Assembly (NCBI GenBank): GCA_027064305.1
Contig: JAMOPY010000031.1
Location: forward strand, 1 to 41,509
Length of the DNA stretch: 41,509 nucleotides
DNA from: Methanobacteriota archaeon
GTDB taxonomy: Archaea > JAADCQ01 > Methanopyri > Methanopyrales > Methanopyraceae
Direction: 5' to 3'
Shown here: in pieces, positions 37,743-41,509 of the stretch
Layout of the letters: the number at the start of each line of letters is the position of its first letter
How positions within the stretch are numbered: position 1 is the first letter of the stretch
Notes under the pieces: generated by a model
What the model saw: only the letters and a program-made list of their open reading frames with translations
Database searches by the model: none
Told to the model about the DNA's origin: nothing
Translations under genes and position numbers: made by a program

Positions 37743-38492
37743 GTGAGGTGGGCGCTCCCCCTGACGCTCGCGATCGTCGTCCTCACCCTCCCCACGACCT
37801 CCCACAGCGCCCCGCCCTGGGTGAACCCGGAGGAGCCGGAGCCGGCCCCGCCGACCGACGCGCCCGAGCTGACGCTCACCCCGGACCAGCTGCGGAAGCT
37901 CGAGGATCTGGGCGTCCCGGTGATCTACCTCAACGGGCGGCCGGCGGTCAAGATCCGGCTCGCCCGGGTGAACGCGCCGGAGATCTTCCACCCACGGGAC
38001 GAGCGGGAGCGCGAGCTGGGCCTCCGGGCCAAGCGGTTCGTCGAGGAGCAGGTCCGGCGGGCCGGCGGCTGGGTACGGTGCCGGGCCTACGGGCTCGGTA
38101 AGTACCGGCGGATCATCGCGGACGTGTACCCGGACGACGAGGACGTGACGCTCGCGGAGCTCCTCGTCGAGCACGGGCTCGCCGAGTGGCGGCGGTACCC
38201 CAAGCCCGACCCGCTGCCCGACTGGTTCCCGCGGGAGTTTCGGGCCCGCGTGGCCCGGGTCGTGGACGGGGACACCCTCTACGTCTACGTCCGGGTCCGC
38301 GAGCACCCCGCCGGTCAGCCGGCCGCCGAGACCCACCGCCGGACCGCCGAGTCCACCGAAACCGCCACCGAGACCGGCCGGGAGGTCGTCATCGGCCGGT
38401 ACCGCACCGGGGTCCCCGCCGCGACCGTCGGCGTCGCCGCCCTCCTCGCGGGGCTGGGACTCGCCCTCCTGACCCTCGCCCGCCGATCCTAA
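37743..38492 (+). CDS. Membrane-anchored thermonuclease (SNase) family protein, circularly permuted
   Basis: IRLARVNAPE, GKYRRIIADVY and LVEHGLA precede RVVDGDTL; signal peptide; C-terminal TM plus RR. Confidence 0.85.
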   Translation: MRWALPLTLAIVVLTLPTTSHSAPPWVNPEEPEPAPPTDAPELTLTPDQLRKLEDLGVPVIYLNGRPAVKIRLARVNAPEIFHPRDERERELGLRAKRFVEEQVRRAGGWVRCRAYGLGKYRRIIADVYPDDEDVTLAELLVEHGLAEWRRYPKPDPLPDWFPREFRARVARVVDGDTLYVYVRVREHPAGQPAAETHRRTAESTETATETGREVVIGRYRTGVPAATVGVAALLAGLGLALLTLARRS

Positions 38493-38515
38493 GCCCCGAC
38501 CCGGGGGCCTCCCAC

Positions 38516-39502
38516 TTGCGGTTCCTCCCCGAGGACGCGGTCGAGCGGCTCCTCGACCCCCGGGAGGTCGTGGAGGTCGTCGAGGAGGCGTTCCGGTGCA
38601 AGCCGGAGAGCGTCCTGCCGGCCAAGACCCTCATCGACCTCGGCGACGGCGACTTCCGCACCATGCCCGCCTACTGCCCGGACCTCGGCGCCGCCGGCGT
38701 CAAGATCGTCAACTCGCACCCGCGGAACCCCGAGCGCCACGGCCTCCCCGCCGTCATGGCCGTCCTCGTCCTCCTCGACCCCGAGACCGGCCGACCCACC
38801 TGCGCCCTGGGCGCCACCACCCTCACCGCCCTCCGCACCGGCGCCGTCTGCGCCGTCGCCACCAAACACCTCGCCGACGACCCCCGCACCCTCGGGATCG
38901 TCGGGACCGGCGTCCAGGGCCGCCACCAGACCCTCGTCCACGCCGAGGTCTTCCCCATCGAGCGCGTCCTGGCGTACGACGCCTCGAAAAAGGCCCTCCG
39001 AGACTTCCGCCGCTGGGCCGAGCGCGAGCTCGGGCTCGACGTGACCGAGCTCAGCGAACCCACGTTCGACCGCGCCGACGTCATCATCACCTGCACCCCC
39101 GGCCGGGAGATCGTCCTCAACCCCGACGACGTCCCCGAACGATGCCTGATCAACGCCGTCGGCGCCGACGCCCCCGAGAAGCGCGAGCTCGACGACCGCC
39201 TCCTCCTCAACGCGACCATCGTCGTCGACGACCGCGACCAGTGCGCCGAGGCCGGCGAGGTCAGCGACCTCGTACGGGACGGCCGCCTCGACAAGGACGA
39301 CCTCATCGAGCTCGCCGAGATCGTCCGCGGAGAGACCGAGGTGAACGACGACCTCGTGATCTTCGACACGACCGGCATCGCCCTCGCGGACGTGGCCGTC
39401 GGCGCCCACGTCGCCGAAAAGGCCGAACGACTCGGCGTCGGGATCGAGATCGAACCCTTCGAACTCCCCTGGACCGAACACACCCGAACCCCGGCCCGAT
39501 GA
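38516..39502 (+). CDS. Alanine dehydrogenase / ornithine cyclodeaminase (mu-crystallin) family
   Basis: GDFRTMPAY, GVKIVNSHP.NP, TALRTGA, GTGVQG, INAVGADAP.KREL and FDTTGIA motifs; TTG start inferred. Confidence 0.9.
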   Translation: MRFLPEDAVERLLDPREVVEVVEEAFRCKPESVLPAKTLIDLGDGDFRTMPAYCPDLGAAGVKIVNSHPRNPERHGLPAVMAVLVLLDPETGRPTCALGATTLTALRTGAVCAVATKHLADDPRTLGIVGTGVQGRHQTLVHAEVFPIERVLAYDASKKALRDFRRWAERELGLDVTELSEPTFDRADVIITCTPGREIVLNPDDVPERCLINAVGADAPEKRELDDRLLLNATIVVDDRDQCAEAGEVSDLVRDGRLDKDDLIELAEIVRGETEVNDDLVIFDTTGIALADVAVGAHVAEKAERLGVGIEIEPFELPWTEHTRTPAR

Positions 39503-39553
39503 GGACCTAATCGGCCGACTGACCGATGATGACCCAGGCCGCCACCGAGGGCC
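39493..39553 (+). ncRNA. Box C/D guide sRNA, probably targeting 16S rRNA
   Basis: ggcc-CGATGA-ggacctaatcggccga-CTGA-ccg-ATGATGA-cccaggccgcca-CCGA-gggcc; D' guide complementary to CGGCCGAUUAGGU. Confidence 0.85.
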
Positions 39554-39919
39554 CCGAGACGAGTCGGGCCCCACCACCGAGAACGTTATAATCCTCGTAA
39601 CGATGGGCAGCTCGGATACCGCTAGGATTCCTTACCAAAGGGACAACCCGGCCCGACCGGCTTCCGACCTCTAAAGCCCTCCCTGCGGATCAACGCCGCC
39701 CGCCGACCCGCGCAACCAACTTATGCGATGAGCTCGCTGACACGTTCTGGACAGCGTGCGACGAGGCGGCAGGCGCCGCCCCCGCCTCCACCGAATCGTT
39801 ACGCATCCCACAACGATCACGGGTGGGGCCGCGCCGGGGTCCCAGCCGGCCTCCGCCAGCATCGAGCGCGAGGAGGCGGCCCCCAGCGTCGCTCCCTGAA
39901 AAACCTCCTCAGTGACTCA

Positions 39920-40774
39920 TCAGCGGGAGCGTGATCCCGCGACATCGTTCAGGCAGTTGAGCGCACCCACCAGCGCCCCACGGCGAGCCCGCACCCTCAC
40001 GTACCCGTCCAGGAAGCTTCGCAGCCGTCCCAGAGGCGTGCGCAACCGCCTGTCAGTCCACCGCGAAGACGCGTCGGAGCGCATCCCGGACCGCCCTCAG
40101 GCTCTCCCTCTCGGGCCTCGCCCTGTCCAGCACCTCACCGGCCACCGCCGGGGCCAGGGCGCTCGCGTACTCACGGAGCCACCTCACGTCCCTCTCGTAG
40201 TCCTCGACCCCGGAGCACCTCGCCAGCTTCACGGCCCGCCTGACCGCCGCGTGCGAGGGGTACCAGGCGCAGATCGACGCCCAGATCAGCGCCATCGCCG
40301 CCTCAAAGCACCGCGTCACGTCGACGAGGGCATCACCCTCGAGCCTCCAGGCCACGAACCGGGGCCGGGCTCCCCCTCAACCCCCAGGGATGGCACCTCC
40401 AAGACCGCGATCCCGGTTAGGATCCCCAGAATTTCCAGCCCGGCCCCCGAGACGTCCACGCACAGGCACTCAGACTCCCGCGCCGCCCTCACGATCACGT
40501 CGGACGCGTCCAACACGGCCTCCGGACCGCTACCCAACTCCACCCTCTTCACCCGCTCCAAGCCCAGATCCCGCAGCGCCCGCAGGACCCCGGTCCCGTG
40601 ACCCTTCTCCCGGAGGCAGACCACGACCCGTCCCTTTTCGACCTCGGCGAGCTCCTCCAGCACCCCCAAAACACCGCCAATGGCCTCGATCCCCAGCCGC
40701 TCAACCTCCACGCTGGCCTCCCTCAACCACTCCTCCAGTCGGGAGGAGGGTGGAAACAGGACGGCGGTCCACAA
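39920..40774 (-). pseudogene. Fragmented hypothetical gene, possibly with a CARF-like N-terminus
   Basis: ORFs 40316-40774 and 40053-40355 join by a 1-nt shift at a G5 run; a third coding-like frame continues to about 39920; TATA-like TATAAG upstream at about 40810-40815. Confidence 0.4.
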
Positions 40775-41509
40775 GCTTGCGTCCCCGGGGATACCGCCCG
40801 CTAACTATCCTTATACTTCCTCACAACCACCCCGGCCCACCACCCACCGAACGGCGGTGAGCCGGCCGCGGATGGGTCAGGAACCCGCTCCCCTCCCCCG
40901 GCTGAGGGCTCCGGAGCGTGTTCTCAGCCCTCGATAGGGGGCCGGCTACCGCCCGGTACCCCCGAGGTACCTGTGACCGCCCACGCGGTAATCAACAACC
41001 CCGGCCCCGCCCGACCCTCAATCGTTATGGATACCGTAACGACCACCGACGAAGCCGGCCTCCCTCCCGGAAGCTCACCCGCGCCACACCTCCCCGGGCC
41101 CAGCTCCGACCGCCGCGACGTGGCCGGTCACCACGCTACCCCGTCACCGCCAGACCGACGCGGTCGATACGACCGAGGGTCACCGGGGAAAGCGTGGCTA
41201 CACGGGACCGACCCGGCGGGTCCCCGGGTGGGAGGCACCTACCTCGCGTGCGACGAGTCGCCGGGCGCTCCGGGGAGGGAGTTGAGGGGAAGCCTCCCGA
41301 CATCCCAGCGAAGCCCCAACGTCGGCGCGGCCCCCGACCGGCCACATCTCCGATCCATCGTTGGAAAGGGGAGGAGCCCGGTCGCCCACCTCGTGGGAAC
41401 CGCTCCGTAGGGGGCCTGACCACCAACGGCGCGCGACCCGGCTCCCGACGTCAGGTGGCGACCGACCACAACCACAGGCAGGGGAAAGGATGAACCCTGA
41501 CCCGACCCG

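Noticed and set aside
39726-39740. CGATGA-gctcg-CTGA as a C/D sRNA
   Set aside because: The spacer is too short for a guide and there is no second box pair

Overview
This is a very GC-rich archaeal chromosome segment. Gene content (methanogenesis markers 11 and 16, archaeal ribC, hmgA, RaSEA, NrpR, a DUF1678-like protein) points by inference to a Methanopyrus-like hyperthermophilic methanogen. Positions 1-26.3 kb are dense housekeeping genes: an MTA/SAH-type deaminase, hisG, hisA, guaAB, ribC, gatC, hmgA, trpS, endA, glnA-nrpR and mtnA. The window holds four box C/D and two H/ACA guide-RNA candidates, mostly in that part. Positions 26.3-41.5 kb are more accessory: a low-GC membrane-gene patch ending in an orphan fwdB 3' fragment, FIST, cbiD, a YdjM-like hydrolase, two frameshifted genes, a circularly permuted thermonuclease and long non-coding tracts. 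The most intriguing unexplained structure is a 1.1-kb array of seven CCATTGTAATCAC-type repeats, partly as inverted pairs. It lies between a DUF1678-like gene, whose promoter overlaps one copy, and the permuted nuclease. A CGTTAY-N7-GTAACG palindrome also recurs five times in non-coding DNA. No CRISPR array, tRNA, rRNA or recognisable transposase/integrase was seen. All family assignments come from motif recognition, without database searches.
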